From an uncultured archaeon (GTDB lineage: Archaea > Asgardarchaeota > Lokiarchaeia > Sigyniarchaeales > SOKP01): DNA of 64,000 nucleotides. Under the pieces are notes generated by a model. The model had not been told where the DNA came from. It saw only the letters and a list, made by a program, of their open reading frames with translations, and ran no database searches. This document shows, piece after piece, positions 40,370 through 51,284 of the stretch. The position numbers and the translations under genes were made by a program. The stretch covers positions 34,041-98,040 of the forward strand of contig CAYLZE010000002.1 of assembly GCA_964388035.1 (NCBI GenBank). The letters are read 5' to 3'. The number at the start of each line of letters is the position of its first letter. Position 1 is the stretch's first letter.

Positions 40370-40600
40370 GTGGAATTAAAAAATATTGATCAACTCTTCA
40401 TCCCACCTAACATCAAATTATCTCACAAATCAGGAATTCCAGTTATATGTGCTAATCTTCAGAATAATGCAAGTGCGTGGTCTAATAAAGTAAGAGAATG
40501 TGGTGGTATTATCCTTAAATTTTGGGACCATCCCATAAATTGCTTGGCAAAATTATGTGAATATTCTAAATATCTTCGTAATTTAACAAACCAAGGATGA
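40370..40600 (+). pseudogene. Possible internally deleted remnant of an NDP-forming acyl-CoA synthetase alpha subunit
   Basis: N-term KNIDQLFIP resembles the LDxLFxP start; C-term HPINCLAKLCEYSKYL resembles the family C-terminus; middle missing. Confidence 0.4.
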
Positions 40601-40726
40601 ATATTTCCATCCTATTTTAACTTAGGGCAATAAATTCAGAATTTTGCATAAAAAACTTTCTAAACTATTTTTCAAAAATATAAATAATTACAAATAAAAA
40701 ATAGATTAAATTGGAGAGGTCAAGTT

Positions 40727-42859
40727 ATGGCTAAAAATTTCTATATTTTATCTAATAAATATTGGAAATTAGAGGTTGAACAAGATGGAAATAATAATTT
40801 TGTATATCGCTTGTATGATCAAAAAAATAATGTAAATTATTCTGATCTTGATTATCATTATAGCATTATTACTTCTAAAAAGAGAGGATCCCGGTTTGAG
40901 TATTTGGATCATATAGGAATTGAAAGGAATGCCAAGCATCTTGAATCGAGATCTATTTATAAAGAGAATGATAATACTTTGGTCATTGAAGGTATTTTTC
41001 AAAATACCAACATTAAAATCAAACATATATTTGAATTACAAGAAGGTAATAAGTGGTTAATAGAAAACCTCACTATAAGTAATCAAGATAAGAAAAAGGT
41101 GCGATTTGGACACCTTAATTTTGGATTTGAAAAAATGTTCTTCAAACAATATCAAGGATGGCAGGATCATTTGGATGAATATTTTTTAACACCTATTCCT
41201 TCTCGAAGGTTCCATGCATATGCGGTAGATAGAAGAATTTCATCCTTCAGTGCAAATGATTTATTATATAACTCATGGGTAAATAAAGAGACGGAAATGC
41301 CCGGCTTTTACACAGAAGGATGGCTATGGGGGAATGATGCAGGAGGTCTACTTACATGTAAATATAATCCATCAGAAATAGAATTTTCCCGATTTGAGAA
41401 ATCCAGGTACTTATTACCCGGAAGAGGAATGGAAGATACTTCCATCATTTTTGGTGGTTTTTCTATCTTAGGGGGTGATCCTGAACGTGCTACAGAATTA
41501 AGTTCAAATAAATCATATTCCTTTGGAGCTTCAAACTATGCTCTTTATGAAGGGGATTATAAAGAAGGTTATTATCTTTATAGGAATTATCTCGAACAAA
41601 AGGGACATCACTTTAAAAGTGACTATAATCCTCCCGTGCATTGGAATGAACTCTATAATTTAGGATGGGCGTCAGAAAAAACTGGTTTTTTCGTGAAAGA
41701 TATAGAATTTGAGCGATATACCTTAGAACAGTTGTATGAGGAAGCGGAACTCGCAAGAAATGTAGGAGCAGAAGCACTATATGTGGATCCTGGTTGGGAT
41801 ACTTTTCTAGGCTCAGAAATTTGGGATGAGAAGAGATTTGGACCATTAAAGGACTTTTCTCGTGTTATTCATGAAAAATATGGATTAAAATTAGCCCTGC
41901 ATTTAATGATGAATTTTGAAGGAGAAGCGGAAGAGGATTATTTCTATTTAATCTCTCAAAAAGGAGTGAAAGTCGTTGCAGATCCCTATATAAATCTTTA
42001 TTGCGTATGCGCTAATGAGAAATGGGTAGCAGAAAAGAGTCGTAGGATATTAGAATTGGCTAAAAATAACATCGACTTTTTCATGTTTGATTTCACGGAT
42101 TTCTCCATGTTCATGGTGGATAATATCGGCTGTTGTAATAAAGAGCACGGTCATGAGGTGCCCATGATGCGACAATCACACGTAGAAGGTATTTTTAAGG
42201 TAATTCAGAATGTTAAAAAAAAATATCCTAATATCCTAATAGAAGCGCATCATCGGGGAGTAGAGCATCCGGATTACTTTCAACATGCCCTTCCGTATAG
42301 CTTCGATGAGAATTGGGGCTTTGAATGCATGTGGAATTCATTAGAAGACTTGCTTTCCCATAAAGCTTTTCAATTATACGAATATAACTTAGCATATTCG
42401 ATTCCATTATATTTGCACATCAATGAAAACAGCGATAACGAAAACATGGTGCAATTCTGGTGGTATACTTCAGTTGCTCGACATTTAGGAATCGGGGGAT
42501 TGAAAGACAAGGCAAGCAAGAAGTATAATGCCCTTAAAAAGGCCATCCAGCTCTATAAAAGAATTAAACCTGTTCTATCACGGGGAAGCTTTTATGGTAT
42601 TGATCCAACATCTCATTTTCATCTTTCTGAAAGTAAAGATATAGGGGTCATAATTACCGTTAATTTAACCAGTCGTACGGTTTCTAAAAAACTTTTATTA
42701 AATCTATCTCGTTTCGATGTAAAATTTCAATCAGTTGAGATTCATGATGGTATTAATGAACTCATAGATCGGAGCACGCTCTCTCAGAAAAATGAAGATC
42801 AATTAAATCTTGTAGTAGAAATACCCCCTTTATCACCAAGAGTATTGATCCTTAAATGA
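40727..42859 (+). CDS. GH36/clan GH-D-like glycoside hydrolase (alpha-galactosidase-like)
   Basis: Beta-rich N-domain, VHWNE, YVDPGWD, FFMFDF, KKKYPNILIE; GGAGAGGT SD. Confidence 0.7.
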   Translation: MAKNFYILSNKYWKLEVEQDGNNNFVYRLYDQKNNVNYSDLDYHYSIITSKKRGSRFEYLDHIGIERNAKHLESRSIYKENDNTLVIEGIFQNTNIKIKHIFELQEGNKWLIENLTISNQDKKKVRFGHLNFGFEKMFFKQYQGWQDHLDEYFLTPIPSRRFHAYAVDRRISSFSANDLLYNSWVNKETEMPGFYTEGWLWGNDAGGLLTCKYNPSEIEFSRFEKSRYLLPGRGMEDTSIIFGGFSILGGDPERATELSSNKSYSFGASNYALYEGDYKEGYYLYRNYLEQKGHHFKSDYNPPVHWNELYNLGWASEKTGFFVKDIEFERYTLEQLYEEAELARNVGAEALYVDPGWDTFLGSEIWDEKRFGPLKDFSRVIHEKYGLKLALHLMMNFEGEAEEDYFYLISQKGVKVVADPYINLYCVCANEKWVAEKSRRILELAKNNIDFFMFDFTDFSMFMVDNIGCCNKEHGHEVPMMRQSHVEGIFKVIQNVKKKYPNILIEAHHRGVEHPDYFQHALPYSFDENWGFECMWNSLEDLLSHKAFQLYEYNLAYSIPLYLHINENSDNENMVQFWWYTSVARHLGIGGLKDKASKKYNALKKAIQLYKRIKPVLSRGSFYGIDPTSHFHLSESKDIGVIITVNLTSRTVSKKLLLNLSRFDVKFQSVEIHDGINELIDRSTLSQKNEDQLNLVVEIPPLSPRVLILK

Positions 42860-43110
42860 TTTTCTGAGTTTTGACATTCACATGAAGGCTTGTATTCGTA
42901 TTCAATTAAAAATAATAGTCATTATTGCTTGGAAATGCAAATAAGGCACCCTAAATATTTTTATTAAATCTTAAAAAAACATGATTAAGAGTTATATTTA
43001 AAATCTTGACTCTATTTTTATTATTCTGTATAAACCATTTAATTATATATATAAGTAATTATAAATATACGTCGTAAATTTAATTAACAACTTAAACAAT
43101 ACTTGAAATT

Positions 43111-45564
43111 ATGGTTGTCAAAGATTTTAAAATGACTCCTCTTCAAGGGATACCTTCAGAGAGAGTCGGAAAGATTAGAGATAGAATGCTTTCCTTGCCT
43201 AGAGAACTAGATATTGAGCGAGCTCGGTGTTACACAAGAATATATAAGCAAATGGAAAATGCTCCGCCCTGCATGAAGAATGTCAAAGCATTAGAGGAAT
43301 TTTTACGCAGTCTTCCAATAAAGATTTATGAGGACGAACTTCTTGTAGGGGTAAAGTCCAGTAAAATTAGAGCAGATCCCATGGAGATAGAACGTGGAAT
43401 GCGTGCTAGTCTTTTTGGATTTATCTTTGATGAGTCCATAGATAAAAAAATAAGGGATTATTTTAAAGCGAATTTTTCTTTTTATAATCGATATGCTCCC
43501 TTACCAGAAGAAGAAATCGAAGAATTAAAAAATGATATTATCCCCTTCTGGAAAGATAGAACGGTAGAATCTTTAAAGATAGAATATTGGAAAAAAGCAG
43601 GTTTATTTGTGGAATCAAAAAATTCTAAAGCTATTCCAAATCCTTTTGGTGGTTCCATGACGGGAACCGATGTGTTTGCATTTGCAACGGGTCAAGGACA
43701 TGTCATTCCGGGGTATAGACGCGTTCTTAAAATAGGTTTTGAAGGGATTGAGAAAATGGCGGCAGAAGGAATTGCGAACCTCAAGGAAACTGATGAAGAC
43801 TATGATCAGCGCAAGGATTTCTATGAATCAGTTCAAGTTGCAGCAAGAGCTGTCCGTGAATATTCCAATCGTTATGCCACCCTTGCTATAGAAATGGCAG
43901 AAAATGCATCAGAAACAAGAAAGGCAGAATTACTGGAAATTGCTGAGCGCGCAAGGCGAGTACCAGCACTCCCCCCTAGGACTTTCATGGAAGCACTTCA
44001 ATCCATATGGATGACAAATGTGGTCATGGAAATGAGTTATGGTGAGGGTAATATCTTTTCTCAAGGACGAGTGGATCAATATCTTTATCCATATTATGCC
44101 GCGGATTTAGCCGAAGGGCGCATTACCTATAAAGAGGCTTTAGAAGCAATTGAAGAATATTTAGTAAAATTATCTTCAGTAGTTATTGCCGGACAGAATA
44201 ATATCACTATTGGGGGCTTAGATAAAAGTGGATACGATGCTACTAATGAGATTTCGTACTTGTTTCTTGAGGCTATTGCTAATGTAAAAAGTCTATTGAA
44301 CACTTTATCGATACGGATTTCCTCCAAGACACCGCGTAGTTTTCTGAAAAGGGTTTGTGAAACTTTTCGTTATACTGCAGGAATGGGAATTCACAATGAT
44401 GAAATTCTCGTACCCCAACTTCAAGATACGGGATATTCATTAGAAGATGCCCGCGATTATTCAATTGTAGGTTGCGTGGAACCGACAGGAACGGGTAATG
44501 ATTTTTCTTATACTGCAGGGAATGGAATTTGGTTTTCAATCGTTTTTAACATGGCATTAAATGAAGGACGCACGCTTCTTTCAGGAACTCAAACTGTCGG
44601 AGCAAAAACTCCCCCGCCGAGTTCTTTTACATCTTTTGAAGATGTGAAGAAGGCTTTTGTAGACCAACTTTCTAATGCAATAGACCTTGCCGTGGAAAAA
44701 GCTGAGCTAAAGGATAAAGCTTATGCTGATTACATGCCATCCCCATTGTTATCATCTACAATTGAAGGATGTCTAGAGAGTGGAATGGATGCAACTCGAA
44801 ATGGAGCACGCTATAATAATCGTCCTATGGGAGCACAAGGTTTAGCTACGGTCACAAATTCCTTAGCTGCAATCCGCTGGGCTGTATTCGAAGAAAAAAT
44901 AGTTACAATGGAAGAATTAGTCAAGCACATGAATAAAAATTTCAAGGGGGCAGAAGTACTTCGAGAAAAATTACGAAATAAAGCTCCCAAATATGGTAAT
45001 GGCGACGAAAAAACAGATGAACTAGCAAAATGGGTGGCAACCACCTTATGCGATATTACCAGAAAACATAAATCAAAAAGTAGCGGTGGTATATATCATC
45101 CATGCCTTGTATCTGCTGCGGGAACGCAAGTCACCGAAGGTAAAATGTTAGGAGCAACTGCCGATGGAAGATTATATGGTGAACCCGTAGCGAATGGTAT
45201 TTCTCCGGCTAATGGTACTGAAAAAAATGGGGTGACCATGGCCCTCCGATCAGTAGCTTACGCTACGGCTGAACCTCATTTAACTAATGGCGTAGCAATG
45301 AATATAAGACTCAATCCCAGTTTATTACAAACAGACGAGGGTCTTGATCATTTAACTTCTATAGTAAAAGCTTATTTAGAATCAGGAGGACGAGAGCTCC
45401 AAATAAATCCTATAAGTTCCGAGGTACTTAAAGATGCACAAGTTCATCCTGAAAATTATCCTGATTTATCAGTCAAGGTCACAGGCTACTCTGCTCGATT
45501 CGTAGAGATCACTAAAGAGCTTCAAGATGATATCATCGCTCGTACAGTATTCGGTGAGTTATGA
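43111..45564 (+). CDS. Glycyl radical enzyme (PFL2/dehydratase-eliminase class), substrate unknown
   Basis: GRVDQYLYPYY, Cys loop VGCVEP, DGRLYGEPVANGISP, Gly loop VKVTGYSARF, QDDIIART. Confidence 0.95.
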   Translation: MVVKDFKMTPLQGIPSERVGKIRDRMLSLPRELDIERARCYTRIYKQMENAPPCMKNVKALEEFLRSLPIKIYEDELLVGVKSSKIRADPMEIERGMRASLFGFIFDESIDKKIRDYFKANFSFYNRYAPLPEEEIEELKNDIIPFWKDRTVESLKIEYWKKAGLFVESKNSKAIPNPFGGSMTGTDVFAFATGQGHVIPGYRRVLKIGFEGIEKMAAEGIANLKETDEDYDQRKDFYESVQVAARAVREYSNRYATLAIEMAENASETRKAELLEIAERARRVPALPPRTFMEALQSIWMTNVVMEMSYGEGNIFSQGRVDQYLYPYYAADLAEGRITYKEALEAIEEYLVKLSSVVIAGQNNITIGGLDKSGYDATNEISYLFLEAIANVKSLLNTLSIRISSKTPRSFLKRVCETFRYTAGMGIHNDEILVPQLQDTGYSLEDARDYSIVGCVEPTGTGNDFSYTAGNGIWFSIVFNMALNEGRTLLSGTQTVGAKTPPPSSFTSFEDVKKAFVDQLSNAIDLAVEKAELKDKAYADYMPSPLLSSTIEGCLESGMDATRNGARYNNRPMGAQGLATVTNSLAAIRWAVFEEKIVTMEELVKHMNKNFKGAEVLREKLRNKAPKYGNGDEKTDELAKWVATTLCDITRKHKSKSSGGIYHPCLVSAAGTQVTEGKMLGATADGRLYGEPVANGISPANGTEKNGVTMALRSVAYATAEPHLTNGVAMNIRLNPSLLQTDEGLDHLTSIVKAYLESGGRELQINPISSEVLKDAQVHPENYPDLSVKVTGYSARFVEITKELQDDIIARTVFGEL

Positions 45565-45681
45565 CTTATCTTTAAAATTTAAAGTTTATAGTATTTTTTT
45601 AGTTTTCTAATTAATATATTTTTTATTTTGTCTTTAAAGTTCGAAATTCAAAATGAAATAACCATTTTTATTTTTATTCCC

Positions 45682-46626
45682 TTAACGAGTTAAACCAGAC
45701 CACTTGACGTTTTTAACTCCAGTACTTTTTGCGATTTTGAGAAGATTTTCCATCTCCTCTCTTGTCATTAAGGGTTCATCTTTTAAAGGCCATACCATGC
45801 CTAATTTTGAATATTTTATTTCACAGAGTTTATTAAAACTCAAAAGATCCCATTGATCAGGGAAATTACTTAATTCTTTTACAATGAATTCTCCAATTCC
45901 TTTAACATTCTCCACCGTAGCCGTATAATTTGGTATTATTGGAGTCCTTATCCACATTATTTTTCCACTTTTTTTAATGTAGCGTGAAATCCATTTAGCA
46001 TTTTCTAAGATTTTTTTATTTGAAACACCCGTGTATGCTTCATGTTTATCAGGATCAATAACTTTAATATCTAAAAGCACGATATCAACGTAGGGTAATA
46101 TATCTTGATATACTTTTTTATTCGAATATCCGCTTGTATCTAAAGCCGTATTAATATCATTCTCCTTGCATAATTTTAAAAACTTTAAGAGAAAACCAGG
46201 TTGTAATGAAGGTTCACCACCAGATACGGTTATACCTCCTTTTGTCCTATTAAAATAGATTTTTTCTTTTTCTATTTCGTGAAAAAGTGCATCCAGGTCC
46301 CACCATTTGCCAAGCATCGTTAACGCCGTACTAGGGCAAGCCTCTACACATTGTCCACAATTATTACATATTTGTCTCTTAATATGTAACCCCTCTTCAT
46401 TAAAATACAAAACACCCTCTTTGCAAGCATCTATACAACTATTGCAGCCAATACATTTACGATCTATCCATTGAAGTTGAGGTGTTTTTGGAATTGATTC
46501 GGGATTATGACACCAAATGCAATTTAAAAAGCAGTGATTAAAAAAAATAGTCGTGCGAACGCCAGGACCATCGTCAATAGCCATTCTTTCTATTTTAAAG
46601 ATTAATCCCTTAGATATTGACGCTAT
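45682..46626 (-). CDS. Glycyl-radical enzyme activating protein (radical SAM with ferredoxin insert)
   Basis: DDGPGVRT, CFLNCIWCHNPE, two CxxCxxCxxxC, SGGEP. Conserved KGLIFKIER lies upstream of ATG 46584, so the start is placed at ATA 46626. Confidence 0.9.
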   Translation of the reverse strand: MASISKGLIFKIERMAIDDGPGVRTTIFFNHCFLNCIWCHNPESIPKTPQLQWIDRKCIGCNSCIDACKEGVLYFNEEGLHIKRQICNNCGQCVEACPSTALTMLGKWWDLDALFHEIEKEKIYFNRTKGGITVSGGEPSLQPGFLLKFLKLCKENDINTALDTSGYSNKKVYQDILPYVDIVLLDIKVIDPDKHEAYTGVSNKKILENAKWISRYIKKSGKIMWIRTPIIPNYTATVENVKGIGEFIVKELSNFPDQWDLLSFNKLCEIKYSKLGMVWPLKDEPLMTREEMENLLKIAKSTGVKNVKWSGLTR

Positions 46627-46996
46627 ATTATACCACTTTTTTCCTTTTTAAATACTTTTTAAAATTAGGAGTCAATTACACTTATTCTCATATAATTAAA
46701 AGTCTAACTTTTTTAAAAAGATTTTTAATAGCTATCGTCTATTTATTAATCATATGTTTTTTTGCCCGCCAATAAATAGGATTATCAACATATAATGATG
46801 AAATGCATGTGAAATTTAGTGCTCTATAATTTTTACGATATTGGATTTATCTTCTGCTTTACGATTTCCTATTTATAATTAATAATTTTAAAATATTATA
46901 ATGATGGTTCATTTAATATCAAGGTTAGAAGAATATATAATTTAAAATGCAAGAAGAGAGAAACTCTTTACTAAATTCTTAGAATTTGTGAAAATA

Positions 46997-47692
46997 ATGG
47001 TGAAACAAGAGAAACCTAAAACTAAAAAAACTAGAAGCCGCTCACCCGAAAAAAAAGCTCAACAATTTGATGAAATTTTGGATATGGGCAAGCAAATATT
47101 TAAAGAGTATGGACGAGATGGTTTTACCTTAGGACAATTAGCAAAAAAGTTAGGCATGAATAAAAATAACCTATATAATTATATAGAGAGTAAAAGAGAA
47201 TTATGGATCGCAATACGAACGAAATGTTATGAGCAATATCGGAATGTGAACCGTAAGATCATTAAAGAATCAAAAGCGCCCATCATTGATACTTTATTAA
47301 AATTAATTTCGCACTTTTGTGAGTTCGCAGAAAATGATTATGCCGCATTTCGAATAATGCACGTTATACCCTCTCCATCATCAAATAAAGTTGGTCCGTT
47401 TGAACGAGAATATAAAGAATTTGATTTATTAGATGGAAATACTCGTTTAATTCAAAAAGCAATTGATGAGGGAGAGATCAAAGAAAAAAATGCAGGTTTA
47501 CTTTCCTTCTTCATGTACAGCCTATTACTAGGCGCCACCATGGTGGAAGGGGCAATGCGGAACATTGAAGAGACAAATAACAAAGAAAAAAGGAAAGTAG
47601 ACGAGTACTTACAATTGGGAACCCAAAATTTCACGAGTAAAGAATTCCGAAAATTTATTTTGCAAAAAATTGAAAAAGAACTTCACGAATAA
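46997..47692 (+). CDS. TetR/AcrR-family regulator
   Basis: IFKEYGRDGFTLGQLAKKLGMNKNNLYNYIESKREL; divergent from activase. Confidence 0.9.
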   Translation: MVKQEKPKTKKTRSRSPEKKAQQFDEILDMGKQIFKEYGRDGFTLGQLAKKLGMNKNNLYNYIESKRELWIAIRTKCYEQYRNVNRKIIKESKAPIIDTLLKLISHFCEFAENDYAAFRIMHVIPSPSSNKVGPFEREYKEFDLLDGNTRLIQKAIDEGEIKEKNAGLLSFFMYSLLLGATMVEGAMRNIEETNNKEKRKVDEYLQLGTQNFTSKEFRKFILQKIEKELHE

Positions 47693-47840
47693 TCATATTT
47701 AAATAAACAAGGAAAAAAAGGGTATTTTTCAACATTAAATTTAATATTGTACCTCTTTCTCTTTAGCTCCTATTTTTTAATAGTTGAAAAGGATGGAATC
47801 GATACAATACTTTTTTATGTATTTCATTTCTTTTTTTTAT

Positions 47841-49397
47841 ATGGATTTAATTCCAAAAGAGCCGACCATTGCTTTTAATTATTGGTGTACTTGGGCTGTT
47901 CAAAATTACACCTTTGGTCAAAATGAAGACAATTTTGATATTAATGCTCTAGAAGGAGATGTTGGAGCTCAAAATGCTCGAAATAACATTAATGAAGGGC
48001 TTTTATTAGGCGATAATGGTTGGGCAAGACTAATCTATCCCAAAATCAGGAAAGATCTCTTTATCTTAATTGACGATGGATGGGATGTACCTCCTAATAC
48101 TGAAAATTCTTCTATAAATGATTTTTCCTCGTTTCACCTTAATGCCAAAAAATTTCCTTCTTATAAAGGAACCCCTCAAGAAAAACTCACTAAACTGAAC
48201 GAGAAGGTAAAGGGTTTGGGATGGAGAGGGATTGGATTATGGGTGGCTGCTCAAGAAGCTCTAAATTTTTTACCGGAGACCCAAGAAAGCCAAGAAAAAT
48301 TAATTAACCAATTTTGGTCCGACCGAATGCAATGGTCTAAAGAGGCGGGAATATTGTATTGGAAGATAGATTGGGGACATAAAGAAAGACGCATTAAATT
48401 TCGCAAGTTTTTATCTGAACTTGCTCATGAATGTTATCCTGAACTCGTGTTGGATCATTCCGTTCCAACCATTCCTTTCAATTCTCATGACGGAAACGGG
48501 AGAGCTGAAAGTAGTTTTATTAAAAAATGCGTGAAGTATCTTGAATTTTCAGATGTATTAAGAATTTACGATGTCAGCCCCCAGCTTTCTATCCCGACCA
48601 CTCTTGACAGATTGGCAAATATCATGAAAGAGGCAAATTATGATGACTCAAAAATGCATTTAATCTCGTGTGATGATGAAGTATATATTGCCGCTGGTTT
48701 AGGATGCAGTATGGGAATAATGCGCCATCCTTTCCGAGGATTAAGGCCAGGGAAAGATATCGATCTGTCATTTGAAGGACCGAGACAATTTAAAAGAAGG
48801 ATCGATGAAGTAATCCGTGCGGTGCGCTGGCAAAGAATTGCTCCTCCCTATAATGCGGGTTCACAAAAAATAATCTTAAGTAAAGAAATACTTTTTGATA
48901 ATTGGCAATTTAACAAGGGGGACACTTGGTTTTCTTTAGTAATAGGTAGGGACATTTCTCAAGGAGCTCCGGCTATTGTTGCTAGAGGTCTAGAATTGCC
49001 TGTTGTTGAACCCGATGATGAAGCACCTTATGTAATAGCCAGCTATAATCCCAACGGAGCAATATCGATAGCAACACTCGGCCGGACTTCACCTAATAAA
49101 GGGTATTATATTCCGAAGGCTAAGATCACGGTCAGCGTTCCCAAAAAAGTCAGTTATCTTGGCATTTTTGGGCAATATGAAAAATTAACGTTCATTTTTG
49201 AAGATAATAATATTTCTAGCAATGACATTTATGCTCAAGATTTAGCGGGGGACAATGCCATCAGAGTGAATGAAAGGATCACTCGAAATGGTCATGAATT
49301 AAGTCTTAAAGAAAAATTCGTTGAAGATTACGGTCTCGAAGCTGCTACGAATGAAGATTTATCCGAACCGGGGCTCTTAATTTATTTAAAAGAATAA
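47841..49397 (+). CDS. Putative clan GH-D-like glycoside hydrolase
   Basis: NYWCTW, LIDDGWD, GIGLWV, YWKIDWG, LRIYD; ATG 47841 preferred. Confidence 0.65.
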   Translation: MDLIPKEPTIAFNYWCTWAVQNYTFGQNEDNFDINALEGDVGAQNARNNINEGLLLGDNGWARLIYPKIRKDLFILIDDGWDVPPNTENSSINDFSSFHLNAKKFPSYKGTPQEKLTKLNEKVKGLGWRGIGLWVAAQEALNFLPETQESQEKLINQFWSDRMQWSKEAGILYWKIDWGHKERRIKFRKFLSELAHECYPELVLDHSVPTIPFNSHDGNGRAESSFIKKCVKYLEFSDVLRIYDVSPQLSIPTTLDRLANIMKEANYDDSKMHLISCDDEVYIAAGLGCSMGIMRHPFRGLRPGKDIDLSFEGPRQFKRRIDEVIRAVRWQRIAPPYNAGSQKIILSKEILFDNWQFNKGDTWFSLVIGRDISQGAPAIVARGLELPVVEPDDEAPYVIASYNPNGAISIATLGRTSPNKGYYIPKAKITVSVPKKVSYLGIFGQYEKLTFIFEDNNISSNDIYAQDLAGDNAIRVNERITRNGHELSLKEKFVEDYGLEAATNEDLSEPGLLIYLKE

Positions 49398-49667
49398 ATT
49401 CATTAGGTATTTCAATATGAGTGTAGAACCTTGATTTATTTCAAAATAAAATAGAGAGCGTTCAGAAATTTATACATGCTCTTACCCTTACAAATAATAC
49501 CTCCTTCTATTTAATACCCCGTGTCATAAAGGAACCGTTAGCAGAACATCCGATCAAGGACATTGAGGGACATTTAGTTCTGATCCTCAGGTTAATCGAC
49601 GGAAAGCTATTAAAAAAAGAGAAACTCAGGAAAGTACCGTGGTTAAATTTTTAAAAAAAATATTAAA

Positions 49668-51125
49668 TTAAAATCCCAATTCTTCTAAAATTTGCTTGTT
49701 TTTCTTTACTACATCAGGTGTTAATGGAAAAAATCGCCAGAAGATCAAGGTTCCTATAAACAAGATTACCCCGGGAATTAACCCCATAAGCGCTCTTATC
49801 CCCATGAGAGCTAACGCTAAATCCCCTCCTGTAGCAGAAAGTGCAGAGACTAATGCATTGTAATTATCCACGCCGGCAGGAAATCCCGTGATAGTTTGAA
49901 CTCCCGCGATTATCCCTTCATCGATAGTTGCGACAAGTCGCCCTAACAAGACAGAAATTCCAAGGAGAATTCCCTTTTGATTTTTTTTTGTTTTGGCTAC
50001 AAAATCATCAACGACGGAAGCTTGAATAATCGTATACATGAAAGCCCACATGGAACCCATGCTTAAGCCAAGTATAAATAAGATCACGTAAAAATCATAA
50101 ATTGTTTGATAAAAACTCAGTGATATGAAGCATATGCTTAGCAATATTCCTCCAAGAGTTAGTACTTTCTTATTATTTTGTATCTTCTTGAGATATCTAA
50201 GCCAAAAGGGCAAGGATATCATGGCACCAAGGATAAAAATCGCGTATATGAGTATTTCATCTCCGGGTGCGCCCTGAAATAAAAAGTTATTAATAAAGGG
50301 ACCCATCGACATGATGATACTCGTGGCCATTGAGAATATGTTCAAGATAATGAAATATACTATGAAACTTTTTAACTTCAGCACGTCCCACACGCCTTCG
50401 AAAAATTTCGGTTTCTCATAATTTCCCGTAAAATATCTATCGATCACGATTTTATCTTCCCGAGCTCCAGGCAAGAATAAAATGGCACCAACTAGAGCAA
50501 TAGCGGCAATTGCACCCCCCATTAAAGCAAAGCTTTCCCGGTTATTTCCTCCAAAGAGAAAAAGAGGGGGAATTAGCATTCCAAGGGCTTGCGCAATCAT
50601 ATCGAAGGGAGTCCAGAAGGCTGTTAGCTTCTGGCGTTCTGATTCTTCCCGAAACAAGTCAGGACGGAGGGCCATTACATTGATTCCGACCATGGAGCCA
50701 AATGTATCAAACACGAATAAAGATATGAGCAACCAGAAAAAGACTGGCCAGGGATTTGCAGCATCCAATACAGGAGCAGAGAAAATAAGATATAGGGAGA
50801 GGCATTGCGGGATGATTCCAATGACGATCCAGGGAAATCGACGGCCCCATTTTCTAGTCCACTTGAAATTTCTATCAATTAAAAACCCAATTATGGGATC
50901 ATTCACGCCATCATAGACGGTGAAAATCGATAAAGCGAGAAAGATGAGCCATTGATTCAGTCCAATCACGGAATAATAATAAAAATACAAGTATATTCCT
51001 TGAGTTGCTGCCATTATAGTACAGACGATTTGGTAAGTAGCATTACTCGCGTACTTCCACGTGGAATGTCTTGTTTGAAAAGGCTGACTGCTTTCGATTA
51101 TATTATCTGACACGTTATTAGACAT
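49668..51125 (-). CDS. GPH/MelB-family MFS transporter
   Basis: NDPIIGFLIDR...WGRRFPW; about 12 TM. Confidence 0.92.
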   Translation of the reverse strand: MSNNVSDNIIESSQPFQTRHSTWKYASNATYQIVCTIMAATQGIYLYFYYYSVIGLNQWLIFLALSIFTVYDGVNDPIIGFLIDRNFKWTRKWGRRFPWIVIGIIPQCLSLYLIFSAPVLDAANPWPVFFWLLISLFVFDTFGSMVGINVMALRPDLFREESERQKLTAFWTPFDMIAQALGMLIPPLFLFGGNNRESFALMGGAIAAIALVGAILFLPGAREDKIVIDRYFTGNYEKPKFFEGVWDVLKLKSFIVYFIILNIFSMATSIIMSMGPFINNFLFQGAPGDEILIYAIFILGAMISLPFWLRYLKKIQNNKKVLTLGGILLSICFISLSFYQTIYDFYVILFILGLSMGSMWAFMYTIIQASVVDDFVAKTKKNQKGILLGISVLLGRLVATIDEGIIAGVQTITGFPAGVDNYNALVSALSATGGDLALALMGIRALMGLIPGVILFIGTLIFWRFFPLTPDVVKKNKQILEELGF

Positions 51126-51284
51126 TTTTTAATACCCTAATTAAAAACTGTAATTTTAGTTATCAATCATGTTTTAAAGAAATTATTAATAAGTGGTATC
51201 ATCTAAATATATAAATATTTTTTTATAAACCAATAAAAGAAAATAAAGGAGGAATTTCAAAAGCTTTCTTTCTCAAGTTAAATT

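Noticed and set aside
49575-49645. CTCAGG motifs reminiscent of a glycine riboswitch
   Set aside because: GGAGA and CCGAAG core elements are missing, and it lies between convergent gene ends.
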